Shown here piece by piece: positions 21,888 to 31,111 of a stretch of DNA of 64,000 nt. The position numbers and the translations under genes were made by a program. The notes under the pieces were generated by a model that was not told where the DNA came from, made no database searches, and worked only from the letters and a program-made list of their open reading frames with translations. Numbering within the stretch: position 1 is the stretch's first letter; each line of letters begins with the position of its first letter. The stretch is from positions 128,001 through 192,000 of the forward strand of contig CAXXKA010000010.1 of NCBI GenBank assembly GCA_963668625.2, written 5' to 3'. This DNA comes from an uncultured candidate division Zixibacteria bacterium (GTDB lineage Bacteria > Zixibacteria > MSB-5A5 > UBA10806 > 4484-95).

Positions 21888-22265
21888 ATGGAGGGCTCGA
21901 TATATTTGTGGATTGGTGGATTTTACAATCTGGCGTTTCTCGTATTTCACGATTTCTTCTGGGTGATATTCAAATGGAAAGATGACCTGCCAAAACTCAC
22001 CCCGATCAACAAAGCGATAATGCAGGTATTGAACCTGATGCTGATTTTCACATTCCTAATTTTCGCCTACGCGTCGCTTTTCCACATGAGCGAGATGCTT
22101 ACCACACCGCTGGGAAAATCGCTGACATTGCTCATCGCAGTATTCTGGCTTATCCGCGCGATACTTCAGCTTGTATATTTCAGTCGCGTGAAACTGATCT
22201 CGTACATCATGTTTATTATCTTCCTGCTGGGCAGTTATTTGTATTTGATGGCATGGCTGGGGTAG
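21888..22265 (+). CDS. Hypothetical 4-TM membrane protein
   Basis: AGGAGG RBS; hydrophobic helices; FWLIRAILQ. Confidence 0.75.
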   Translation: MEGSIYLWIGGFYNLAFLVFHDFFWVIFKWKDDLPKLTPINKAIMQVLNLMLIFTFLIFAYASLFHMSEMLTTPLGKSLTLLIAVFWLIRAILQLVYFSRVKLISYIMFIIFLLGSYLYLMAWLG

Positions 22266-22510
22266 ATTAGTATATTCTGTTCGAGTAAGCATAGTTAATA
22301 AAATCCTTAATTTCATTACTAGGGGCGTATCGCGTACGCCCCATGTAGAAAGCTTGAGATGCAAAAGCAAACTTAACTGCGCTCTCGTAATATCCCACCC
22401 TACAGTAGTTGAGGCGGGGCACCCTGTATTAGTAGTAAAGTATTGAAACATATATTTGCTACAAATAGTAATATTATATATTGGTTTCAAAAATAAAGGG
22501 TCATAATGCC

Positions 22511-23251
22511 ATGCTTGATAGTAAGAAAATAATAGAAATCTCAATTGAAAATGAGAATGAAACTAAAGAGATATTTGAGCAACTAGGTTTTAGGGTTTTT
22601 AAGCTGGATTGTATTAAACGTTATACTAATAGTAGCAAATGCCCGGATTATCTGCTTGATAAAAGTGAATTAAAGATACTTTGTGAAGTTAAAACAATAT
22701 TTTCATCTGGTCAAGTAGAAGTAACGCGTGACCTACCTGATGGTACGGAAGAAAAATCCAACGAACAGGTTTCATTTTCTGCTGGTGAAATGAAGTATAA
22801 TGCATCATTCCCTATTGATGCTTCGCATATAGTAAAAAAAACATGTGATGCAGCATTAAACGATTCAATTGCTAAGTATAAAAGTATTACTCAGAATCAT
22901 GATGAGTTTAAAAGGCTGCCATACTTAGTAGCTTTATATTGCGACTTTTATGCTGATTCATTTGATTTTCTTGATATTGAAATAAAGAGATTTCCACAAA
23001 TCAGCTTAGTCATAAAAAAATATGATAATTGTTCAATGAAAAATATACTTGACATGTACTCCACTCACCAACTTGAAGTATTTATTAAAGCTAAAGAGAT
23101 GGGCTATAACGGCCCGGAAATTCCTGATTTTAAATTATTTAGAGATTCTAAACACTGGCATTATGTTATTAATCCAAATGCCCTTTTTCCAATTAATCCC
23201 AAAATAATAGGAGTGTGTCCTTTTGATCCCCGCGTTAAAACGATTGATTGA
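22511..23251 (+). CDS. Hypothetical protein, PD-(D/E)xK nuclease-like
   Basis: CPDYL...ILCEVKT motif; AT-rich; ATG at 22511. Confidence 0.55.
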   Translation: MLDSKKIIEISIENENETKEIFEQLGFRVFKLDCIKRYTNSSKCPDYLLDKSELKILCEVKTIFSSGQVEVTRDLPDGTEEKSNEQVSFSAGEMKYNASFPIDASHIVKKTCDAALNDSIAKYKSITQNHDEFKRLPYLVALYCDFYADSFDFLDIEIKRFPQISLVIKKYDNCSMKNILDMYSTHQLEVFIKAKEMGYNGPEIPDFKLFRDSKHWHYVINPNALFPINPKIIGVCPFDPRVKTID

Positions 23252-23397
23252 ATACTTCCTCTGTAATATTACATATGTTAGGTGAATAGGTTCGATTTAC
23301 CTCTTGTCGCAAAGCCCTGCTTTGTAACGAACAAGTAATTCCGCTAATTTCCCTCAATCCCCTTGACCATCCCCCATATCTTCGCTAAATTCACCTT

Positions 23398-24066
23398 ATG
23401 CTGTTAATTAAAAATGTACGCAAAGTTTACGGTAACTCGCCGCCGGTGCTGAGAAATGTATCCATGAAACTGGGCAGAGGCGAGATGGCTTTCCTGGTCG
23501 GCAAATCCGGGGTCGGGAAAAGCACGCTTATCAAGATGCTGTACCTCGAGGAACGACCCACCTCCGGCGATATCACCCTCGGCTCGGCTCGGCTTAACTC
23601 AATAAAAGATAGCGAAATACCAAAACTCCGTCGCCAGTTGGGAGTGGTTTTTCAGGATTTCAAGCTGATTTCCGAACGAACCGCCTACGAGAATATCGCT
23701 TTAGCGCTGGAGGTAGTCGGCAAATCCAAGCGGGATATATCCAACCGGGTGACCGAGTTGTTGAAACTGGTAGGGCTACTACATCGCAAAAACAATTACC
23801 CCGATCAGCTATCCGGCGGTGAATGCCAGCGTGTGGCGGTTGCCCGCGCCCTGGCCAACGAGCCGTTGTTGCTATTGGCAGATGAGCCGACCGGTAATCT
23901 CGATTGGGAGAACTCGAAAGCATTAATCGAGCTACTGAATAAAATCAACGTGCAGGGCTGTTCTGTCCTGATGGCGACCCATAACATGAGCCTGATAGAA
24001 AACTTGCCACAGCGTAAAATATATCTCAAGGATGGCATAGTCGAGGGGGGAGGCGAGATAGAATGA
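23398..24066 (+). CDS. ftsE: Cell-division ABC ATPase
   Basis: GKSGVGKST, VFQDFKL, LSGGE and DEPTGNLD; precedes ftsX. Confidence 0.92.
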   Translation: MLLIKNVRKVYGNSPPVLRNVSMKLGRGEMAFLVGKSGVGKSTLIKMLYLEERPTSGDITLGSARLNSIKDSEIPKLRRQLGVVFQDFKLISERTAYENIALALEVVGKSKRDISNRVTELLKLVGLLHRKNNYPDQLSGGECQRVAVARALANEPLLLLADEPTGNLDWENSKALIELLNKINVQGCSVLMATHNMSLIENLPQRKIYLKDGIVEGGGEIE

Positions 24067-24920
24067 ACTACTTCTTCTCCTCGATGCGAGAGGCGACACG
24101 CGCGGTCGGACATCAGTACGGAGCGTTTTTAGGCTCGGTGCTGACCGTGTTCCTGGCGATGCTGGTGGCGGGCTCGTTCGCGCTGATAATCAAGAATACC
24201 AATATCGCGCTGGAAAAACTTCGCAACGAGGCCATCGTAGAGGTGTATCTCGACACCGATATCGACTCGCTCGGCCGGGAAAGTCTACGAGATGAAATAG
24301 TGGCGAGCCGGTTCGTGCTGGGCGTCAAATTCATCTCCAGGGAAGCCGCGCTTTACCGTCTGAGAGAGACTTTCGGCCCGGAGATGGTGGCCGGCCTGAA
24401 AACAAATCCACTGCCGGAGTCATTCGAGATATCGCTCGATCCTGATGTTTTCGAACAGGAGAATTTCAATTCATTGATAGAGGAACTCGCTAAACTCGAT
24501 GGTGTGGATGATATCGGTTACGTGCCGACAGTTATCACCAAACTTAAAACGTTGTTTAACCTGCTTACGCTGCTGGGCTTGTTGATGGGATTACTGGTGG
24601 CGTTGGCGACCGGTTTCATAGTCGGCAACACCATTCATGTGAAGATAGCGGATCGTCGCCAGACTTTCTATATAATGCGTCTGGTTGGCGCCAGCACGAA
24701 TTTTATCCGCGCGCCTTACCTGATGATAGGCACTTTAATCGGTTTATTCGGTAGCAGCATGGCGATACTGTTTGCCTGGTTGGCCCAGCTTTATTTTTCG
24801 GGTTATATAATCCAGACAGAATTTTTAACTACTATCGAATTGGTATGTTTTATCACGTCGGGTGGACTGTTCGGGTTTATCGGTAGCTATTTCGCGTTGA
24901 AAAGATTTCTAAGGGTGTGA
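24063..24920 (+). CDS. ftsX: Cell-division permease
   Basis: NPLPESF, NTI...IMRLVGA...IRAP motifs. Confidence 0.9.
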   Translation: MNYFFSSMREATRAVGHQYGAFLGSVLTVFLAMLVAGSFALIIKNTNIALEKLRNEAIVEVYLDTDIDSLGRESLRDEIVASRFVLGVKFISREAALYRLRETFGPEMVAGLKTNPLPESFEISLDPDVFEQENFNSLIEELAKLDGVDDIGYVPTVITKLKTLFNLLTLLGLLMGLLVALATGFIVGNTIHVKIADRRQTFYIMRLVGASTNFIRAPYLMIGTLIGLFGSSMAILFAWLAQLYFSGYIIQTEFLTTIELVCFITSGGLFGFIGSYFALKRFLRV

Positions 24921-24921
24921 T

Positions 24922-26088
24922 ATGAGAGTTCTGTTCGCGCTCGTTTTAATCATATACATTTCTCCCCCGGTTTTTTCCCAGGTTACGCAGAAACAAACCG
25001 ATCTGGAAAATACCATACTGAACCGTCAGCAAGAGTTGGAGCGAATACAAACCGAGCTGATCGAGAAGAGAAAAAATATCGAGGGCCTGAAATCTCGGGA
25101 GAAACAGTACCTTAACGAGCTTTACGCGCTGGATGAGAAGCTGAATCTCAACGCCCAGTTGACCGCCAATATCACCAGACAGATTGCTGATATTAACAGG
25201 CTGGTGGAGGAGATGGAAGCTCGCTTGAAATTAAACGAGCAGGATCTCGAATATCGATACGAGGTGTTGAACGACAGACTGGTGTGGATATACAAACGCT
25301 CGCGGGTATCCTCGCTGGCGGCGGTGTTAAGCGCGGATGGCCCGGTACAGGCGGCGAGACGGTTATACCTGTTTTCTCTGCTCAATCGTTACGACCGGGA
25401 GACCTTGAACCGCATAGACTCACTAATTGTCAGTATCGAAAGCCAGAAGAGCGATTTGCTCGAGCGCAAGGGTGATATAACGGACCTGATGAGAGAGAAG
25501 CGGCAACAGACGCGGTTGATAAAAGCTGATAGAACGGTCAGAAACGGTTTGTTGAAGAAAGTCCGAACGGAGAAGGATTCCGAGCAAAAGGCAATCCGTC
25601 AACTGGATGAGGACCAGGAGCGAATAAACAGCATAATCGAGACACTGCTCGAGGATAGAAAAATAATGGATACCGAGGCGGCGGCGGAGTTCGAAAACCT
25701 GAAAGGGAAACTTCTGTGGCCGGTTTATGGCAAGGTGATACGCAAATTCGGTAAGATAAAAGATAAGAAATACAATACGACAGTCAGCAACCCCGGTATC
25801 GATATCAAGGCCGATGCCGGCTCGGAGGTTGTCGCCTCCACCAGCGGCGAGGTGGCTTACATTTCGTGGTTGCGCGGCTACGGCAGCTTTATCATATTGG
25901 ATCATGGCGGTGGTTACTACACGCTGTACGCGCATCTGGATGATATCAACGTGGAGGCCGGGCAGTTTATCACCGCCGGTGAAAATATCGCTACGGTAAG
26001 CGAAACCGGTGATCTCACCGGCCCAATCATTCACTTCGAACTACGATACGGCAAGGAGCAATACGATCCGTTACCATGGTTACGTTAG
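24922..26088 (+). CDS. envC: EnvC-like murein hydrolase activator (coiled coil plus M23)
   Basis: Long coiled coil, WPV.G, YTLYAHL, HFELR; follows ftsEX. Confidence 0.8.
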   Translation: MRVLFALVLIIYISPPVFSQVTQKQTDLENTILNRQQELERIQTELIEKRKNIEGLKSREKQYLNELYALDEKLNLNAQLTANITRQIADINRLVEEMEARLKLNEQDLEYRYEVLNDRLVWIYKRSRVSSLAAVLSADGPVQAARRLYLFSLLNRYDRETLNRIDSLIVSIESQKSDLLERKGDITDLMREKRQQTRLIKADRTVRNGLLKKVRTEKDSEQKAIRQLDEDQERINSIIETLLEDRKIMDTEAAAEFENLKGKLLWPVYGKVIRKFGKIKDKKYNTTVSNPGIDIKADAGSEVVASTSGEVAYISWLRGYGSFIILDHGGGYYTLYAHLDDINVEAGQFITAGENIATVSETGDLTGPIIHFELRYGKEQYDPLPWLR

Positions 26089-27233
26089 ATAAAATATTAG
26101 GACAAACTAAGCCGTTAGAGGCTATAGACCAGATAATAAAGCAGGGCAAACGCGGTCAGGCGATTCTATTAATCGGCAGGCCCGGGCTGGGTAAGTATGC
26201 CCTGGCGAATTATACGGCGATGAGGTTTTTATGCAGTCGGGATAACGTGGGCTGCGGCCAGTGCCCGAGCTGTAAAACGGTGATGAGCAATAATCATCCC
26301 GACTACCTGCTGTTGTTTCCGTTTCCGAATGTCTCCAGCGAATCGAAAAAGAACACGCTGTTTCATTTCTCCGATCCGACCAGCTCCGATGCCCGCTTCT
26401 CCGATCCTACCGCCGAGGAGGTCGCGCGTTTTCTATCCGAAAAAAGGGATGATCCGTACCGTATTATCGGATTCAAGAAGAAAGGCAATATCCCTGTCAG
26501 CGTGGTCAGGGATCTGATTCGGTCTACCTCGAAACGTCCTATGATGGCTGAGAGACGCGCTATTATCGTCAACGATATAGACCAGATGGCTTTTGGCGCG
26601 GCTGACCTGTTTTTGAAAACTGTCGAGGAACCGCCCGAGGATTCGCTTATCATACTCACCACCTCACAGCCGCATACGCTTTTGCCGACATTGCTCTCAC
26701 GGGTCAATAAAATTACGCTTTCGCCCATAAGTGATGATAGTATACGAAAATACCTCGATCGCTACCAGCTTAACGGTAACTCCGATTTCTACATTCGCTA
26801 TAGCGGCGGTAGTCCGGGCCTGGCATTGAAAGCATACGAGAACGACATGCTAACCGCCCGGGATAATATGTGGAAGATAGTCTCCGGGTATCTGGAGGGT
26901 AAGAAGGTCGGTTCGGTTATAGAGAAATTCAGGATGAAATACCCGTGGGGAGGAAATTTCGAGGAAATACGACGTGATTTCGATATATTGGAAAAAATAC
27001 TCCGGGATGTATATATGATGAAATTGGGGCTTGATAATACGCTTGTAAATATCGATATTAAAAACAAAATACAGGCGGCTGCGAACACGGCCCCTTCACC
27101 CGAGGTTTTAAGAAGATGGTTTGCCATACTGGGCAAAGCCTCCCGGGTGAACAGGATAAATAATGTCTCAGCTGATATTGCGTTTTGCGGGGCGTTCATA
27201 GAATTCGACCGCGCTAAAGCGCAATTCAATTAG
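26076..27233 (+). CDS. holB: DNA polymerase III delta' subunit
   Basis: GRPGLGK, C..CGQCPSC..HPD, LKTVEEPP and LLPTLLSR. Confidence 0.85.
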   Translation: MVTLDKILGQTKPLEAIDQIIKQGKRGQAILLIGRPGLGKYALANYTAMRFLCSRDNVGCGQCPSCKTVMSNNHPDYLLLFPFPNVSSESKKNTLFHFSDPTSSDARFSDPTAEEVARFLSEKRDDPYRIIGFKKKGNIPVSVVRDLIRSTSKRPMMAERRAIIVNDIDQMAFGAADLFLKTVEEPPEDSLIILTTSQPHTLLPTLLSRVNKITLSPISDDSIRKYLDRYQLNGNSDFYIRYSGGSPGLALKAYENDMLTARDNMWKIVSGYLEGKKVGSVIEKFRMKYPWGGNFEEIRRDFDILEKILRDVYMMKLGLDNTLVNIDIKNKIQAAANTAPSPEVLRRWFAILGKASRVNRINNVSADIAFCGAFIEFDRAKAQFN

Positions 27234-27245
27234 TTAGGTGGTAGT

Positions 27246-28142
27246 TTGTTTTATGTAATAGAATTTAAAGGCAACCGTCGCCAGGTATATGCGGCAACCA
27301 AAGAACTCGAGCTGGACGTTGGCAGGTATGTGATTGTACAGGCGGAGCGGGGCGAGGATATGGGCAAGATTAAGAGCCGCTCCGAGGAAACCGACTCCGA
27401 AATTCCAGATGACTGTTATAAAATCGTCAGAATGGCTACTGACACCGATCGAGATCGCCTGAAATTTAACCGTCAGAAAGAATCAGAATCGAAAGCCGAA
27501 TGCCAGAGGTTTATAGATAAACACGGCCTTAAAATGAAGCTCGTTGATGTCGAGTACCAGTTCGATTGCAACAAGATTACGTTTTATTTCACCGCCGAAA
27601 AGCGGGTGGATTTCCGTGAACTGGTCAAAGACCTCGCCGCTACCTTCAAAACACGTATCGAACTTCGACAGATTGGCGTACGTGATGAGGCGAAGCGCCT
27701 GGGTGGTTTCGGTATTTGCGGTAAGGAGCAGTGCTGCTCGAGTTTTCTGGATGATTTCGAGACTATATCCACCCAGATGGCGCGAACACAGAACCTGGCT
27801 TTAAATCCGCAGAAGATTTCCGGAAATTGCGGTAGACTTCTATGCTGCTTGAAATACGAGCAGGAATTCTATGAGAAAACGTTACCGGAATATCCTCAGG
27901 TAGGATCGAGATACCTGTTTAAGAACATCGAGGGTACGATCGATAAGTTCAATATTTTCTACGAGAATATTACTATGAGGTTGGAGGATGGCACATATAG
28001 GACAATCAGCCTCGATGAGTACAAAAGGGCATTGCAACGCAAAGAATACAAACTGCTCAGGCATGCCGAAAGACGCGAGAGGCCGGTAAATCATAACGGC
28101 AACAACAGGAACAATCAAGAAGGTAACGGTAATTCCGATTAG
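27246..28142 (+). CDS. ricT: PSP1/RicT (YaaT) family protein
   Basis: RVDFRELV, IELRQIGVRDE, GICG..CC and SGNCGRLLCCL. Confidence 0.9.
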   Translation: MFYVIEFKGNRRQVYAATKELELDVGRYVIVQAERGEDMGKIKSRSEETDSEIPDDCYKIVRMATDTDRDRLKFNRQKESESKAECQRFIDKHGLKMKLVDVEYQFDCNKITFYFTAEKRVDFRELVKDLAATFKTRIELRQIGVRDEAKRLGGFGICGKEQCCSSFLDDFETISTQMARTQNLALNPQKISGNCGRLLCCLKYEQEFYEKTLPEYPQVGSRYLFKNIEGTIDKFNIFYENITMRLEDGTYRTISLDEYKRALQRKEYKLLRHAERRERPVNHNGNNRNNQEGNGNSD

Positions 28143-28247
28143 ATAATAATATATTCCTGATGTTGAACCGTCGCCGGACTATCGTATGTCGTTAGTCGGT
28201 GATGCTTTCATGAAACGTTTGTTATGATAAACCAGAAGGATACGAAT

Positions 28248-30170
28248 ATGAATAAGTTTTACATAACTACTCCCATTTACTACGCCAACGGCGAGCCGCA
28301 TATTGGCCACGCCTATACTACAGTGCTGGCGGATGTTCTGGCGGACTACCATCGGATATTCGGGCATCCCACGTATTTTCTTACCGGCACCGATGAGCAT
28401 GGACAGAAAGTACAGGAAACCGCGGCCAGGAATAATATCACAGCACAGGAGCAATGTGATATTTATTCGAAGAAATTCCGCGATGCCTGGAGTGAGCTTA
28501 ATATCAGGAATGATGATTTCATTCGTACCACCGAGGATCGTCATAAAAAAGTAGTTCGGAGTATTCTGCAAAAGGTCTACGAGGCCAAAACCGAGGATGG
28601 CCGGCCGCTGATATATACCTCTAATTACGAGGGTTGGTACTGCAAATACGAGGAACGCTACTGGACCGAGAAAGACCTCATCGACGGCAACTGTCCCGAT
28701 TGCAACAGGCCGGTAGAAAATCTTTCGGAGAAAAACTACTTTTTCAGGATGAGCTATTACCAGAAATGGCTTGTCGATTATATCAACGAGCATCCCGAGT
28801 TCATCCAGCCCGATTTCCGGCGCAACGAGGTGCTGGGATTTTTGAAACAGCCGCTGGGTGACCTGTGTATCAGTCGACCCAAAAGCCGCCTCTCCTGGGG
28901 GATCGAGCTGCCGTTCGATTCCGATTACGTTTGCTATGTCTGGTTCGATGCTCTCATTAATTATATCTCGGCGGTTGGTTATAATGCCGGCGATGATAAG
29001 TTCGAATTCGAGGGACAATGGTGGCCCGCTGTTCATCTCATGGGGAAAGATATCCTTACCACTCACGCCGTTTATTGGCCGTGTATGCTCAAGGCTATGG
29101 GCGTTGATATGCCGAAAACGATATACGCGCATGGTTTCTGGATAAGTGACGGCACCAAGATGTCGAAATCGCTGGGTAATATAATCAGCCCGCTCGATCT
29201 GAAAGATAAGTACGGCGTCGATCCTTTCCGTTATTATCTGGTGCGCGAGATGACATTGGGGCAGGACTCGTCCTATTCCGAGGAGAGCTTCATCCAGAGA
29301 TATAACTCTGAGCTGGCTAACGATCTGGGAAATTTGCTTTCACGTATAATGAAAATGATTATTTCTTACTGTGAGGGAAAAATACCGGAGGTTACCGGTG
29401 ATGATGACTCAGGTATTGCCGATGATGTTGCCGTACTCAATAAATCGGTCGAGAGCGACCTAGCTAATTTTCAGTTGAACTCCGCCACCGATAAGATAAT
29501 GGCTTTCATTCGCTCGGTGAATAAATATATCGAGCAGAACAAACCCTGGGAACTGGCGAAAAACAATGAAACCGGTAAACTCAACCGTGTGTTGTTCAAT
29601 GCCGCTAACGCTCTGGCTCATGCAGCTTACCTGCTAAAGCCGATCATCCCCGAGAAATCGGCGGAGATATTCAAGCAGTTGAATTTTACGGTTGAAAATG
29701 ATAAAGCCAATGACGTTCGCGATATCGACGTATATCCCAAGCTTGAATCCGGCTCCGAGATTCATAAAGGAGATACCCTGTTCCCCCGTCTGGATAAGCC
29801 TAAACCGAAACAGGAGCAGAAGAAGAAAGAGAAACCCACTGCGGCAGTCACCGTCAAGTATGATGATTTCGCGAAGATCGATTTGCGAGTAGCCGAGATC
29901 AAGGAAGCCGAGAAAGTGGAAGGCGCCGATAAACTGTTGAAACTCCAGTTGGAGATAGGCCAGGAGAAACGCCAGATCATCGCCGGTATTGCCAAGCATT
30001 ATCAACCCGAGCAGTTAGTCGGTAAGAAGATCGTGGTAATATGCAATCTAGAACCGGCTACGATTCGCGGCGTGGAATCCAATGGTATGTTGTTAGCCGC
30101 CAGCAAAGGCAAGAAGCTAACGTTGGTAACGGTCGAGGATGATATCATCTCCGGGGCTAAGATAGGTTAA
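28248..30170 (+). CDS. metG: Methionine-tRNA ligase with C-terminal tRNA-binding domain
   Basis: ITTPIYY, HIGH, KMSKS and OB domain (GVESNGMLL); ATG at 28248 has an RBS. Confidence 0.97.
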   Translation: MNKFYITTPIYYANGEPHIGHAYTTVLADVLADYHRIFGHPTYFLTGTDEHGQKVQETAARNNITAQEQCDIYSKKFRDAWSELNIRNDDFIRTTEDRHKKVVRSILQKVYEAKTEDGRPLIYTSNYEGWYCKYEERYWTEKDLIDGNCPDCNRPVENLSEKNYFFRMSYYQKWLVDYINEHPEFIQPDFRRNEVLGFLKQPLGDLCISRPKSRLSWGIELPFDSDYVCYVWFDALINYISAVGYNAGDDKFEFEGQWWPAVHLMGKDILTTHAVYWPCMLKAMGVDMPKTIYAHGFWISDGTKMSKSLGNIISPLDLKDKYGVDPFRYYLVREMTLGQDSSYSEESFIQRYNSELANDLGNLLSRIMKMIISYCEGKIPEVTGDDDSGIADDVAVLNKSVESDLANFQLNSATDKIMAFIRSVNKYIEQNKPWELAKNNETGKLNRVLFNAANALAHAAYLLKPIIPEKSAEIFKQLNFTVENDKANDVRDIDVYPKLESGSEIHKGDTLFPRLDKPKPKQEQKKKEKPTAAVTVKYDDFAKIDLRVAEIKEAEKVEGADKLLKLQLEIGQEKRQIIAGIAKHYQPEQLVGKKIVVICNLEPATIRGVESNGMLLAASKGKKLTLVTVEDDIISGAKIG

Positions 30171-30191
30171 ACTAAATCAGAATAAATCCAT

Positions 30192-30224
30192 AAGCCGTCC
30201 TTAATCGTAGGGGCGGTTTTTTTT
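30192..30224 (+). terminator. Intrinsic terminator after metG
   Basis: GCCGTCCT/GGGGCGGT stem followed by a T run. Confidence 0.8.
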
Positions 30225-30358
30225 ATTGATCTTAAAATACACCGCTCTACCCGGTGTGTACGTTTAAAGCGAAGCATTTGTAGAAAAACATAGTTATCCA
30301 CAGCGACGGCTGATTCTCTCAATAGCGTCACTATCCTATATCTGTCATTACCTCGGAG

Positions 30359-30506
30359 GGGGTTGTTGAAAAAGCCATTTGCATGAGTCGCTGGGCGGAC
30401 GGAGTCCTTTGTTCATCCTTTCCCGTCGATATACCGCATGAAATCAGGTGTCAGGAAAGGATTCCCGACACCACCGTTATCCAACAAGGACTTTTTCAAC
30501 AACCCC
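30359..30506. mobile_element. 148-bp MITE with IS5/IS1182-like termini
   Basis: Perfect 16-bp TIRs GGGGTTGTTGAAAAAG / CTTTTTCAACAACCCC; 4-bp flanking duplication GGAG. Confidence 0.8.
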
Positions 30507-30984
30507 GGAGGAGGTAAACCAGTACGGCCTTCTCTTTTTATAACACTGGACTCTGTTCTATTAAGTTAGCTTATATGGAGGGGAGACAAAACGAAATATT
30601 TAGAATGCGGAGGGTTACAAAATCGGAGTTTTGTAACCAGTACAGCCCTTTCCCAACCCCCGGATCCTGAATCAAGTTCAGGATGATATTGCCGGCTCTA
30701 GCAGGCAGGATAAAAGCCACTTGCCTTGTGTCCGGTGGCAGTTTAATTATATTAAAAACCGCTGGTTTTGCCGGTAGGTACATTTAAAGCGAGGCGTTAT
30801 TTTAACATCAAGTACATGATATATCATAATAATCGGTGGCCGGCAGACAGAGGAAATCGATTATGGTTATTTCCCTGTTACCCGAGTTGATAAGAGATTA
30901 TATATGGTATTATGATTACGTGAATCTAAACAATCATTAATATGAAAGTAATATTGATTTACGATTAATTATCGACTCAATAAA

Positions 30985-31013
30985 TAAACCCCCTCCGCTG
31001 AGAAGGGGGTTTA
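30985..31013 (-). terminator. Terminator hairpin downstream of the giant surface-protein gene
   Basis: TAAACCCCCT..AGGGGGTTTA. Confidence 0.65.
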
Positions 31014-31111
31014 AACTCCTGATTCTTTTCAATGCCAGCTATTTAAGATGTTCGCTGCATCTTAAATAGTTGCTCTTCTACTTCGCTTGCTTCACCTCCT
31101 ATTTTAGAATA

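Noticed and set aside
28179-29132. Long antisense ORFs (e.g. 317 aa opposite metG, 202 aa opposite ispH, 203 aa opposite envC, 195 aa opposite the GrpB gene)
   Set aside because: Shadow frames of well-supported genes, with no recognisable motifs.
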